DNA of 64,000 nucleotides from Squalus acanthias (GCA_030390025.1 CM059432.1:7378001-7442000), one strand, 5' to 3'; counted from the stretch's first letter, positions 1 to 12,274 are shown. The notes: generated by a model not told the origin, from the letters alone. Numbers and translations are program-made.

Positions 1-604
1 GATTTACAGAGTTTTGCAAGATAAGGGAGTGAAGGGTTATGGGGAGCGGGCAGGGAAGTGGCTTTGAGCCCAAGATCAGCCATGATCTTATTGAATGGCG
101 GAGCAGGCTCGAGGGGCCAAGTGGCCTATTCCTGCTCCTATTTCTTATGTTCTTGTTCTTATGTTCCTCTAAGACGCTCCTTAATACCTACCTCTTTGAC
201 TAAGCCTTTAGTGACCTGTCCTAACATCTCCTCATGTGGCTCGGTGTCAAATTTTGTTTGATAATCGCTCCTGTGAAGCGCCAGGGGACGTTTTCACATG
301 TTAAAGGCGCTATATAAATGCACGCTGTTGTTGTTGCTGTTTTTCTGAAAGTTAAATAGACACGTCACAGCGCTCAACGACAGGCGAAGAAGGAGTTGCT
401 CTCAGGAGTAAGAGGTGTCAACAGGATGACAAATGAGAATGACAGAATAATCTGCAATATGCAATGAAGCTCATCATTTCTGATTGAACTACTGTTGCTG
501 AAACTGTTCTATGTTGATTTTTTTTTTTACAGCGAAACTGAATATTTATTTTACTTTAAAATTTGGGAAAAAAGCCAGTCTGTGCAGCAGCTGACATTTG
601 TATG

Positions 605-1048
605 GCGTCTCTGGCTCAGTGGGCAGCACCCTCGCCTCTGGGTCAGAAGGTTGTGGGTTCAAGTCCCACTCCTGGGACTTGAGCACAAAAATCTAAGCTA
701 ACAGTGCTGAGGGAGTGCCGCACTGTCGGAGGTGCCGTCTTTCGGTTGAGACGTTAAACCGAGGCCCCATCTGCTCTCTCAGGTGGACGTAAAAGATCCC
801 ACGGATACTATTTCGAAGAAGAGCAGGGGAGTTATCCCCGGTGTCCTGGCCAATATTTATCACTAAAACAGATTATCTGGTCATTATCACATTGCTGTTT
901 GTGGGAGCTTGCTGTGTGCAAATTGGCTGCTGTGTTTCCTACATTATAACAGCGACTACACTTCAAAAAGTACTTAATTGGCTGTAAAGCGCTTTGGGAC
1001 GTCCGGTAGTTGTGAAAGGCGCTATAGAAATGCAAGTCTTTCTTTTTT
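605..1048 (+). mobile_element. tRNA-derived Deu-domain SINE (SacSINE1-like)
   Basis: A box TGGCTCAGTGG, B box GGTTCAAGTCC, conserved core, tail GCTATAGAAATGCAAGTCTTTC; at least nine copies in the window. Confidence 0.85.
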
Positions 1049-1124
1049 AGCATAATAAACGTCCCGTGGCGCTTAACAGGAGCATTATCAAAAACAATAT
1101 TTAACACCGAGCCTTATAAGGAGA

Positions 1125-1362
1125 TTCAGCCTTAATCTGTCACATTAACACCACCTCTAGCTCTTAATGTCTCTTAATGTCTCTTCATCTCCTCTTTTGT
1201 TCCTTTATCCCCTCCCCCTTTTCCCAGCTTTACTCTGGCCTTAAATCTATTTGATTTCCAGCTCTTCCCAGTTCTGATGAAAGGTCATCGACCTGAAACG
1301 TCAACTCTCTTTCTCTCTCCACGGATGCTGCCTGGCCTGCTGAGTTTTTCCAGCGTTTTCTG
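1125..1362 (+). mobile_element. Penelope-like 3' repeat fragment inside an L2 fragment
   Basis: Homologous to ~39680-39860. Confidence 0.75.
1270..1306 (+). ncRNA. Minimal hammerhead ribozyme motif
   Basis: AGTT-CTGATGA-A-AGGTC(ATC)GACCT-GAAA-CGTC-AACT: intact core, stems I and II, GUC triplet. Confidence 0.8.
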
Positions 1363-2340
1363 ATGTTAGGGCAGATGGCCAGATGCTTGTTCAAAGAGGC
1401 AGGTTTTAAGGAGCGTCTTAAAGGAGGAGAGAGGGAGGCGGAGAGGTTTAAGGAGGAAATTCCAGAGCTCTCGGGCCTAGGCAGCTGAAGGCACGGCCGC
1501 CAATGGTGGAGCGATGGAAATCGGGGATGCGTGAGAGGCCAGAATTGGCCGCGCGCAGAGATCTCGGAGGGTTGTGGGGCTGGAGGAGATTACAACATTG
1601 ATTTACCCAAGAAGGATTAGGTTCTTAACTCTAATTATAAGATCGGTTCTTCAATTGATTTTGAAACCAACTGCAATAATGGGTAAAGTGATCGAACTAA
1701 AACAAAAAGAAGATGGCTTCTCCCCGATCTCGATGACCAAGTAATTTTGCCCGTTCAAATCCTTCAGGCAGGACAGCATTAAACTCCGCTGGCATTTCGT
1801 GACATGAAAAATGCATGAATAGGGAACTTATAAAAGATAACGGCGGTTAAACTGGGCCGTGTAGCGCCCGTTTGTCAGACGCTAGGCGGCCTCCTAAGGA
1901 AACGCGCCGCCCGCCATATTGGGTAAGGACAAACAAGAGGCGTCCTTTAACCACGCTTGAAAGCAGGTGTAGGGCCTTTTGCATATGCCTCGCTCCAACA
2001 CTGGTTTGTCAAACACTGAAAAGCACAATGAAAACCATCCGTACACATTGCGTAAGTAAAGTACTTACCACAATCACTGACCCGATCACCACCGTTACTG
2101 GTCCCAAGATTCAGGCCCCCCTCTCCCAGCCCCGATCACCAGGCATCCTGACCCCCAATCACTCCCCACCCACCCGAGATTCTTCCCCTCCGACACCCGC
2201 CCCCCCCCTGCGGCCCACGATCCCGACTCCAACTCAACCCCATCCTCCTCGGACCTCAGCATTTCTGTGCAGGATATTAAATTCATTTAAGTGAATGTTG
2301 AGGGACGCCGAATACATTCGTCCATTTTCCACCGAGATAA

Positions 2341-2734
2341 AAAAGAAAGACTTGCATTTATACAGCGCCTTGCACGACCACCGGATGTCTCAAAGCGCTT
2401 TACAGCCAATGAAGTAGATTCCCACAAACAGCAATGTGATAATGATCAGATAATCTATTTGAGTGATGTTGATTGAGGGATAAATATTGGCCAGGACAAC
2501 GAGGATAACTCCCCTGCTCTTCTTCGAAATAGTGGCTCTGGGATCTTTTACCTCCACCTGAGGGGGCAGATGGGGCCTCGGTTTAACATCTCATCTGAAA
2601 GACGGCACCTCTGACAGTGCGGCGCTCCCTCAGCCTAGCTTTATGTGCTCAAGTCTCACTGGAGTAGGGATTTGAACCCACAACCTTCATGACTTAGATG
2701 GTGAGTGTGCTTACCCACTGAGCCACAGCTGACA
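2341..2734 (-). mobile_element. Deu-domain SINE, internally deleted
   Basis: Reverse complement of 605-1048. Confidence 0.8.
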
Positions 2735-3241
2735 TAAGGCAGAAGATGGAAGCCATTTGCCTATGTAAGGAAAAAAGTAAGACTTGCGTTTATATAACGC
2801 CATTCATAACCCCATAACGTCCCAAAGTGCTTTACAGCCAAGAAGTATAGTCGCAGTTGTAATTATAGAATCATAGAATGAGGCCATTCGGCCCATCGTG
2901 CCTGAGCCGGCTCTTTGGTAGAGCGATCCAATTAATCCCACTCCCCAGCTCTTTCCCCCATAGCCCTGCACATTTTTTCCCTTCAAATACATATCCAATT
3001 CTCTTTTGAAAGTTACGATTCGATCTGCTTCCACCACCCTTTCAGGCAGCGCATTCCAGATCACAACAACTCACTGTGTAAAAAAAACGTTTCCTCACGT
3101 TGCCTGTGTCCTCTGGTTACTGACCCTCCTACCACTGGAAACAGATTCTCTTTATTTACTCTATCAAATCTCTTCTGCTCTAAGGAGAACAACCCCAGCT
3201 TCTCCAGTCTCTTCACATAACTCGAGTCCCTCATCCCCGGT

Positions 3242-3711
3242 ACAACAGCAAAATACTGCGGATGCTGGAAATCTGAAATAACAACAGAAAATGCTGGAAA
3301 CACTCAGCAGGCTAGGCAGCATCTGCGGAGAGAGAAACAGAGTCAACGTTTCAGGGTCTGTGACCCTTCGTCAGAACTGGTAAAAGTTGGAGATGTAACA
3401 GATTTTAAGCAGGTGCAGAGGCAGGAAAAGGGGGGAGGGGGAGGGGGAAGGGGAGGAAGGAATTAAAGGGACAGTCTGAGCTAGGATTGAACTCAGGAGA
3501 GATTAAATGTTGCAAATGGGGATGGCAGAATCATCAACAGCTGCCGCCTGAAAAAATGAGGGGGGTTATGGTCTGAAATTGTTGAACTCAATGTTGAGTC
3601 CAGAAGGCTGCAAAGTGCCTCATCGAAAGATGAGGTGCTGTTCCTCGAGCTTACGTTGAGCTTCATTGGAACAGTGTAAGAGGCCGAGGACGGAGGGGTC
3701 AGAGTGGGAGT
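3242..3711 (-). mobile_element. Penelope-like 3' fragment
   Basis: Homologous to the end of the GIY-YIG region and the 3' repeat of 39102-39863. Confidence 0.8.
3341..3378 (-). ncRNA. Minimal hammerhead ribozyme motif
   Basis: AGTT-CTGACGA-AGGGTC(ACA)GACCCT-GAAA-CGTT-GACT. Confidence 0.75.
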
Positions 3712-4579
3712 TCTGGTAAATCTCCTCTGCACCCTCTCCAAGGCCTTGCCATCCTTCCTAAAGTGTGGTGCCCAGAATTGGACACAACACTCCAGCTGAA
3801 GCCTAATCAAAGATTTATAAAATAAAATCAGAAAATGCTGGAAATACTCAGCAAGTCAGGCAGCATCTGTAGAGAGAGAAACAGAGTCAACGTATAATGA
3901 ATGTTTTATAAACGTTTGGCATAACTTCCTTGCTTTTGTATTCTACCCTCTATTAATAAAGCCAAGGATCCCATATGCTTTTTTAACAGCCTTCTCAACT
4001 TGTCCTGCCACCTTCAAAGATTTGTGTACATACACCCGCAGGTCTCCCTGTTCCTGCACCCCCTTTAAAATTGTACCATTTAGTTCATATTGCCTCTCCT
4101 CATTCTTCCTACCAAAATGTATCACTTCACACTTCTCTACCTTAAACGTCATCTGCCATTTCACCAGTCTGTCTGTGTTCTTCTGAAGTCTGTTACTATC
4201 CTCCTCATTGTTTACTACATTTCTGAGTTCCGTATCATCTGCAAACTTTGAAATTATGCCCTTTATATCCAAGTCTAGGTCATTAATATATATTGAAAAG
4301 AGCAGTGGTCCTAATACCGACCCCTGGGGGGTCACCACTGTACACTTCCCTCCAGTCTGAAAAACAACCGTTCTCCACTCCTCTCTGCTTTCTGTCCCTT
4401 AGCTAATTTTGCATCTGTGTAGCCAGTGTCCCTTTAATCCCGTGGGCTTGAATTTTGCTAACAAGTCTATTATGTGGTACATTATCAAACGTCTTTTGAA
4501 AGTCCATATACACAATATCAACTGCACTACCCTCATCAACCCTCTCTGTTACTTCATCAAAGTGGCAAATCGACTGCCA

Positions 4580-4927
4580 TGTAATAGAGAAACCGCGGCA
4601 GCCAATTTGCACACAGCAAGGTCCCACCACCAGCAATGTGATAATGACCGGATAATCTGTTTTAGCGACGTTGGTTGAGTGATAAATATTGACCAGGACA
4701 TTGGGGAAAACTCCCCTGCTCTTCAAAATAGTGTCATAGGATTTTTGCATTCCCCTGAGAGGGCGGGCGGGGCTTCGGTTTGACATCTCATCCGAAAAAC
4801 AGTGCAGCACTCACATCAGTAGCACACTGAAGCGTCAGCCTAGATTTTGTGCTTAAGTCTGGAGTGGGACTTGAACCCACGACCTTCTGACTCAAAGGCA
4901 ATGAGAGCTACCCATTGTGTCACAGCT
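4580..4927 (-). mobile_element. Deu-domain SINE, 3' truncated
   Basis: Same family. Confidence 0.8.
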
Positions 4928-5118
4928 CGCTTCCCTTTCACAGCACTGAGCCAGCAACGGAACAATGGAGCAGAAGTGTAGCAGAAACGCAACTAAATAT
5001 TCAACTGGCAGTGTTGGAAAGCATTTTGTTTGACTAATAAGGCAGCTGTAATGTTGAAAGCCATCTGGTTAGCATTGGTATTGTCAAGGCAAATAGCAGA
5101 AGCAAAGTCTTGTCTCTT

Positions 5119-5580
5119 TCAGCTGTGGCTTAATGGGTAGCACACTCACCTCTGAGTCAGGTTGTGGGTTCAAGGCCCACTCCAGGGACGTGAGTGCATA
5201 AAGCTAGGCTGACACTCCCGAGGGAGTGCTGCACTGTCGGAGGTGTCATCTTTTGGATAAAACGTTAAACCGAGGCCCCGTCTGCTCTCTCAGGTGGATG
5301 TAAAAGATCCTAGGGCACTATTTTGAAGAAGTGCAGGGGAGTTCTCCCCGGTGTCCTGGGGCCAATATTTATCCCTCAGTCAACAAAACAAAAACAGATT
5401 ATCTGGTCATTATCACATTGCTGTTTGTGGGACCTTGCTGTGCGCAAATTGGCTGCCGCGTTTCCTACATTACAACAGTGACTGCACTTCAAATAGTAAT
5501 TTCATCCAGGCTGTAAAGAACTTTGGGACGTCAGGTGGTCATGGAAGGTGCTATATAAATGCAAGTCTTTCTTTCTTTTT
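5119..5580 (+). mobile_element. Deu-domain SINE
   Basis: Same family, full length. Confidence 0.85.
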
Positions 5581-5594
5581 CTGCTAAAATAGTA

Positions 5595-7503
5595 TTTTTT
5601 TTTGTATTCATTCACGGGATGTGGGCGTCATTGGCAAGGCCAACCTTTATTGCCCATCCCTAATTGCCCTTAAGAGGGTGGTGAAGGTACTCCCACAGTG
5701 CTGTTAAGGAGGGAGTTCCAGGATTTTAACCCAGTGACGATGAAGGAACGACAATATATTTCCAAGTCAGGATGGTGTGTGACTTAGAGGGGTACTTGGA
5801 GGTGGTGGTGTTCCCATGCGCCTGCTGCCCTTGTCCTTCTAGGTGGTAGAGGTCGCGGGTTTAGGAGGTGCTGTTGAAGAAGCCTTGGTGTATCTTGTGG
5901 ATGGTACACACATAAGAACATAAGAAATAGGAGCAGGAGCAGGCCATTCGGCCCCTCGAGCCTGCTCCGCCATTTAATAAGATCATGGCTGATCCGATTT
6001 TGGCCTCAACTCCACTTTCCTGCCCGCTCCCCATATCCTTTGACTCCCCTGTTGCTCAAAAATCTGTCTAACTCACCCTTGAATATATTCAATGATTCAG
6101 CTTCCACAGCTCTCTGGAGTAAAGAATTCCAAAGATTCACGACCCTCTGAGAGAAGAAATTCCTCCTCATCTCCGTCTTAAATGGGCGACCCCTTATTCT
6201 GAGACTATGCCCCCTCGTTCTAGATTCCCCCACTAGGGGAAACATCCTCTCAGCATCTACCCTGTCCAACCTCCCTCAGAATCTTATATGTTTCAATAAG
6301 ATCATCTCTCATCCCAGGAATCAACCCAGTGAACCTTCTCTGAACTGCCTCCAATGCAAGTATATCCCTCCTTAAATAAGGAGACCAAAACTGTATGCAG
6401 GTGTGGTCTCACCATCGCCCTGTACAGTTGTAGCAAGACTTCCCTACTTTTATACTCTATCCCCCTTGAAATAAAGGCTAACGTTCCATTTGCCTTCCTA
6501 ATTACTTGCTGCACCTGCATATTAACTTTTTGTGTTTCATGTACGAGGACACCCAAATCCCTCTGTACCGCCGCATTCTGTAGTCTTTCTCCATTTAAAT
6601 AATATTTTTCTTTTCTATTCTTCCTACCAAAGTGGATAACTTCGCATTTTCCCATATTATATTCCATCTGCCAGATTCTTGCCCACCCACTTAACCTATC
6701 TATATCCCTTTGCAGACTCTTTACGTCCTCCTCACAACTTGCTTTCCCACCTATCTTTGTATCGTCTGCAAATTTGGCTACAATACACTCGCTTCCTTCA
6801 TCCAAGTCATTAATGTAGATTGAAAATAGTTGAGGCCCCAGCACTGATCCCTGTGGCACCCCACTAGTTACAGATTGCCATCCTGAAAATGACCCATTTA
6901 TCCCGACTCTCTGTTTTCTGTTAGTTAGCCAATCCTCTATCCAATCTAATATATTACCCCCAACACCATGAGCTCTTATATTATGCAGTAATCTTTTATG
7001 TGGCACCTTGTCGAATGCCTTTTGGAAATCCAAATCCACTACATCTACTGGTTCCCCTTTATCCACCCTGCTCGTTACCTCCTCAAAAAACTCTAATAGC
7101 TTTGTCAAACACGATTTCCCTTTCATAAAACCATGTTGACTCTGTTTGATTGTATTATGATTTTCTAAATGCCCTGCTACTACTTCCTTAATAATAGATT
7201 CCAGCATTTTTCCAATAACAGTGCAGCCACAGAGGGAATGAATGTTTAAGGTGGTGGATGGGGTGCCAATCAAGCGGGCTGCTTTGTCCTGGATGATGTC
7301 GAGCTTCTTGAGTGTTGTTGGAACTGCACTCATCCAGGCAAGTGGAGAGTATTCCATCACACTCCTTACTTGTGCCTTGTAGATGGTGGAAAGGCTTTGG
7401 GGAGTCAGGAGGTGAGACACTGGCCGCAGAATACTCAGCCTCTGACCTGCTCTTGTAGCCACAGTATTTATGTGGCTGGTCCAGTTAAGTTTCTGGTCAA
7501 TGA
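5595..7503 (-). mobile_element. 3' fragment of the 22.1-25.3 kb LINE family (5595-5910 and 7218-7503), split by the CR1
   Basis: ATRAGQRL...YKAQVRSVMEYSPLAW; same 3' tail as at 22100. Confidence 0.85.
5911..7217 (-). mobile_element. CR1 LINE 3' fragment, frameshifted, nested in another LINE
   Basis: QHGF, DFQKAFD, PQGSVLGP, FADD; CATAAGAA tail. Confidence 0.9.
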
Positions 7504-9414
7504 AAAGCCCTAGAGGAGTATAGAAGGTGCAGGTGTGTACTTAAAAAAGAAATTAGGAGAGCGAAGAGGGGGCATGAAAAAACACTGGCGGGCAAAATAA
7601 AGGAAAATCCCAAGGTGTTTTATAAGTATATTAAGGGCAAGAGGATAACCAGGGGAAGAGTAGGGCCCATTAGGGACCAAAGTGGCAATCTGTGTGTAGA
7701 GCCTAAAGATGTAGGTGAGGTTTTAAATGAATATTTTGCATCTGCGTTCACTATGGAGAAGGACGATGTAGGCATAGAAATCAGGCAGGGGGATTGTGAT
7801 ATACTTGAACAAATTAGCATTGAGAGGGAGGAGGTACTAGCGGTTTTAGCGGGCTTAAAAGTGGATAAATCCCCAGGCCCAGATGAGATGTATCCCAGGC
7901 TGCTGTGTGAGGCAAGGGAGGAGATTGCAGGGGCTCTGACACAAATTTTCAGATACTCTCTGGCCACAGGAGAGGTGCCAGAGGACTGGAGGACAGCTAA
8001 CGTAGTACCATTATTCAAGAAGGGTAGTAGGGATAAACCAGGGAATTCCAGGCCAGTGAGCCTAACATCAGTGGTAGGGAAATTATCGGAAAGAATTAGT
8101 CTCCACTTGGAGAGGCAAGGATTAATCAAGAATAGTCAGCATGGCTTTGTCAGGGGAAGATCATGTCTAACCAAGTTAATTGAATTTTTCGAGGGGGTGA
8201 CTAGGTGTGTGGATGAGGGTAGTGCAGTTGATGTGGTCTACATGGACTTCAGTAAGGCTTTTGACAAAGTCCCGCATGGGAGACTGGTCAAGAAGGTAAG
8301 AGCCCATGGGATCCAGGGCAATTTGGCACATTGGATCCAAAATTGGCTTAGTGGCAGGAGGCAGAGGGTGATGGTCGAAGTTTGTTTTTGTGACTGGAAG
8401 CCTGTGTCAAGTGGTGTACTGCAGGGATCGGTGCTGGGTCCCTTGCTGTTTGTAGTGTACATTCATGATTTAGATATGAATGTAGGAGGTATGATCAGTA
8501 AGTTCGCAGATGACATGAAAATTGGTGGAGTGGTAAATAGCGAGGAGGGAAGCCTCAGGCTACAGGATGATATAGACGGGTTGGTCAGATGGACAGAACA
8601 GTGGCAAATGGAATTTAACCCTGAAAAGTGTGAGGTGATGCATTTTGGGAGGACTAACAAGGCAAGGGAATACACAATGAATGGTAGGACCCTAGGAAGG
8701 ACAGAGGATCAGAGGGACCTTGGTGTGCATGTAAATAGATCCCTGAAGGCAGCAGGACAGGTAGATAAGGTGGTTAAGAAGGCATATGGGATACTTGCCT
8801 TCATTAGCCGAGGCATAGAATATAAGAGCAGGGAGGTTATGATGGAGCTGTACAAAACGCTAGTTAGGCCACAGCTGGAATACTGTGTGCAGTTCTGGTC
8901 GCCACACTATAGGAAGGATGTGATTGCATTGGAGAGGTTGCAGAGGAGATTCACCAGGATGTTACCTGGGCTGGAGCGCTTCAGCTATGAAGAGAGACTG
9001 GACAGGCTGGGGTTGTTTTCCTTAGAGCAGAGAAGGCTGAGGGGGGACCTGATTGAGGTGTACAAAATTATGAGGGGCATAGATAGGGTAGATAGAAAGG
9101 AACTTTTCCCCTTAGTAGAGGGGTCAATAACCAGGGGGCATAGTTTCAAGGTAAGGGGCAGGAGGTTTAGAGGGGATTTGAGGAAAAATTTATTCACCCA
9201 GAGGGTGGTTGGAATCTGGAACTCACTGCCTGAAAGGGTGGAAGAGGCAGGAACCCTCACAACATTCAAGAAGCATTTAGATGAGCACTTGAAACGCCAT
9301 AGCATACAAGGCTAAGGACCAAGTGCTGGAAAATGGGATTAGAATAGGCAGGGCTTGATGGCCGGCGCGGACACGATGGGCTGAAGGGCCTCTTTCTGTG
9401 CTGTATAACTCTAT
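7504..9414 (+). mobile_element. CR1 LINE, 5' truncated
   Basis: Continuous ORF2 RT region and 3' tail ending in CTGTATAACTCTATGACT repeats. Confidence 0.93.
7615..9315 (+). CDS. CR1 ORF2 reverse transcriptase, C-terminal 566-aa open fragment lacking the endonuclease
   Basis: KSPGPD, SQHGF, DFSKAFD, QGSVLGP, KFADD, LEYCVQFW, RRLRGDLIEVYK motifs. Confidence 0.88.
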   Translation: MFYKYIKGKRITRGRVGPIRDQSGNLCVEPKDVGEVLNEYFASAFTMEKDDVGIEIRQGDCDILEQISIEREEVLAVLAGLKVDKSPGPDEMYPRLLCEAREEIAGALTQIFRYSLATGEVPEDWRTANVVPLFKKGSRDKPGNSRPVSLTSVVGKLSERISLHLERQGLIKNSQHGFVRGRSCLTKLIEFFEGVTRCVDEGSAVDVVYMDFSKAFDKVPHGRLVKKVRAHGIQGNLAHWIQNWLSGRRQRVMVEVCFCDWKPVSSGVLQGSVLGPLLFVVYIHDLDMNVGGMISKFADDMKIGGVVNSEEGSLRLQDDIDGLVRWTEQWQMEFNPEKCEVMHFGRTNKAREYTMNGRTLGRTEDQRDLGVHVNRSLKAAGQVDKVVKKAYGILAFISRGIEYKSREVMMELYKTLVRPQLEYCVQFWSPHYRKDVIALERLQRRFTRMLPGLERFSYEERLDRLGLFSLEQRRLRGDLIEVYKIMRGIDRVDRKELFPLVEGSITRGHSFKVRGRRFRGDLRKNLFTQRVVGIWNSLPERVEEAGTLTTFKKHLDEHLKRHSIQG

Positions 9415-10307
9415 GGGGGAGGAATTCAGTATCGCCCCATTTGGGGCGCAATTATCGGCCGGGCGCAAAGATTAGCGCCTGGCGCTAATTATCGCCACCG
9501 ACTGCAAACTTGACTTTTATCGCCCCTGGAGGTGATTGGAGCACTAAATCAGTCGCTTCACACCTGTCTTAAGGCGCAAAGGCCGAGGAGCGAGGCGCTA
9601 CCTCAGAGCGCTGGCGAAGCTCATGTGATGTCAGTCAGCAATGGAACACACACACAATGGCACGGGCCAGTTCTTAAAGGGGATGGTTAATCTTGCTTTC
9701 CATCCACACCCTGCTCATTGCAGCCTTGAATCTCGGCCTGGATGGACCTGCACATCAAATCTGCTGGAAAGAACAATGGAGAGTACCAGGCAAAGAGCTC
9801 AGAGTGCAGCCCCCACAGTCTCTTCAAAATCGATACAAAGAATGGCAAATCAAAATGAACCTGCAAAGTGCTGCTCAGTACCCAAAACTCCTTCACACAA
9901 CGTTGAATCTCTCCAGAAGTCTCTCTCTCTCTCTCTCAGAATGCGTGGTTCAAAAATGGCACCAACAATAAAAGGCAGGAAGCGGTCACCTTTAAATAGC
10001 GCTCCCCCTTTCCCTTCATGACTGCAAAACGCTCCCCTCAACCTGTCGTTGCTAGCGTCAGGCGGTAAGGCAGGGGGCGCCACTCAATATCCGCTCCAGG
10101 GCGATATCGGGGCGTTGCACACTCGACTGACGTCATGATCTGCCGGCGCAGGAGATTGTGGCGGTAGTGTTTAGCGCCGCCGCAAAATGTCTAGTTAATT
10201 TCGCGAGCGGCGCAAACTTCGCCGCGCCTGGGCGCTAGATGCTTTGCGCCCCATTAGCACCCTCTTAAGGCGCTAACTGGAGGCGCAACCAACTGAATTT
10301 TTCCCCC
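9415..10307 (+). mobile_element. Harbinger MITE, family A, copy 1
   Basis: TIR GGGGGAGGAATTCAG...CTGAATTTTTCCCCC; TSD TAT/TAT; ends match the 29479-33577 element. Confidence 0.93.
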
Positions 10308-11809
10308 TATGACTCTATGGGGAAGAAATTCAGTATCGCCCCATTTGGGGCGCAATTATCGGCCGGGCGCAAAGATTAGCGCCTGGCGCTAATTATCGCC
10401 ACCGACTGCAAACTTGACTTTTATCGCCCCTGGAGGTGATTGGAGCACTAAATCAGGCGCTTCGCACCTGTCTTAAGGCGCAAAGGCCGAGGAGCGAGGC
10501 GCTAACTCAGAGCGCTGGCGAAGCTCATGTGATGTCAGTTAGCAACGGAACACACACACAATGGCACGGGCCAGTTCTTAAAGGGGATGGTTGATCTTGC
10601 TTTCCATCCACATCCTGCTCATTGCAGCCTTGAATCTGGGCCTGGAGAGACCTGCACATCAAATCTGCTGGAAAGAACAATGGAGAGTACCAGGGAAAGA
10701 GCTCAGAGTGCAGCCCCCACAATCTCTTCTAAATCGATACAAGGAATGGCAAATCAAAATGAACCTGCAAAGTGCTGCTCAGTACCCAAAACTCCTTCAC
10801 ACAGCATTGAATCTCTCCAGAAGACTCTCTCCCTCTCTCTCAGAATGCGTGGTTCAAAAATGGCACCAACAATAAAAGGCAGGAAGCGGTCGCCTTTAAA
10901 TAGCGCTCCCCCAGTCCCTTCATGACTGCAGAATGCTCCCCTCAACATGTCGTTGCTAGCGGCAGGCGGTAAGGCAGGGGGCGCCACTCAATATCCGCTC
11001 CGGGGCGATACCGGGGCGTTGCGCACTCGACTGACGTCACGATCTGCCGGCGCAGGAGAACGTGGTGGTAGTGTTTAGTGCCGCCGCAAAGTGTCTAGTT
11101 AATTTCGCGAGCGGCGCAAACATCGCCGTGCCCGGGCGCTAGTTGCATTGCGCCCCATTAGCGCCCTCTTAAGGCGCTAATGTGTAAGGGGTTTTGTGTC
11201 GTGCTTGTATTGCAGACGGTGCTGGTGCGGGGTTAGGCCTTCGTTGCCTAATACTATTGCTTGCTCTGGTCTCCGGCCAGCCTTGTTGTAATAAGCACCT
11301 GTGAGTGGTTCGACCCACTCGCCCTTACGGTTCTAACACTGGACTTAGGTGCGAGAGCAGTAATGCAGAGAAAAACTCAAAATAGACCCGGTTGAATAGT
11401 ACGAAATGGAAATTTTTATTGCATAGCGTCCAAAATCATGAAGTACATGTCATAGGCACAAATTAACGATAGTACAAGTATACATACATTCATAAAGCTT
11501 GGTCTATGGTAATGAAGAACGCACGGCACATCGTAAAAAGGGGAACACATTATACTTTATCCTTAATAAAACCACCCTCCCTTATCAATACCTACACTAC
11601 ATCTAGATTTGTAGGATCGGGAAACATGCTCACCACTCGTGATACTTCGGAGAATTTTAAAGTGAGGCACTCGGCTCGTTTCGCTGCAGTGCCTGACTGT
11701 CACGTGTTTGGAGGGGCCTCTGTACCCCACTTGTTTACTTTCACTGCTGCTGCAAGCAGGCTGGGCTCCCCGTTGTCATGAAGAACTCGACAGTGCTCGG
11801 GCCCGGCTG

Positions 11810-11927
11810 TAGAACTCAAAGAAAAGTCTTCCTGGACCGACACCAGTTGCCGGTAGAATTCAAAGAAGAGTCTTCCTGTATCGACACCAGTTGTCGATAA
11901 AATTCGAGGAAGAGTCTATGACCAGTT
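11810..11927 (+). repeat. 44-bp tandem repeat (~2.7 units) inside the solo LTR
   Basis: TAGAAYTCAAAGAARAGTCTTCCTG...GACACCAGTTG units start at 11810, 11854 and 11898. Confidence 0.8.
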
Positions 11928-12274
11928 TGTGCAGTAACTGATAGAGTTCGTATAAATTTGGCGCGGTCGGGGTTTACTGACCGCGGCGGCACGTGGATTC
12001 TTCTTCTTCTCTTCTCATCTCGTCTCTTCGGGCCTTCGGGTCCAAAACACCGTTTACCGACACTCGGGATGGTGCACCCGGTTACTCGCCCTTCGTCGAG
12101 GTGGCTCGTCCCGATTGAGCTCCACCCAACATTCGAATAACCGTCCAGTGCGGCTAAAAGTCCAGAGTCAACAGAGAAGGCTGCTCGTCCAGCAGAGTTC
12201 AGCCCCAGTCAAGAGTTCGCAGAGATAAGAGAAAATAAGAGGAGACCGATGGACATTTGTTGTCTATAGTTATA

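Larger units (their letters stand above)
2866..4562 (-). mobile_element. Fragmented CR1 pieces with Penelope inserts
   Basis: [23 protein letters not shown] and WNALPERVVEA in broken ORFs. Confidence 0.8.

Noticed and set aside
605..680. tRNA gene
   Set aside because: The A/B boxes are a SINE head and continue into SINE core and tail
6302..7462. 386-aa ORF as a single gene
   Set aside because: Chance in-frame join of two different LINEs at ~7217; the RT segment order is scrambled across the junction
7620..8675. Antisense ORFs over CR1 RT regions
   Set aside because: Shadow frames of the LINE coding strand with no independent motifs
9641..10021. Recurrent MEHTHNGTGQFLKG ORF family in the MITEs as a new small protein
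   Set aside because: It spans the Myb-gene 5' region and the antisense transposase leader, is broken in copies 3 and 6, and its recurrence is explained by copy number
11810..11927. CRISPR-like array
   Set aside because: Contiguous tandem units with no unique spacers, no cas genes, eukaryotic LTR context
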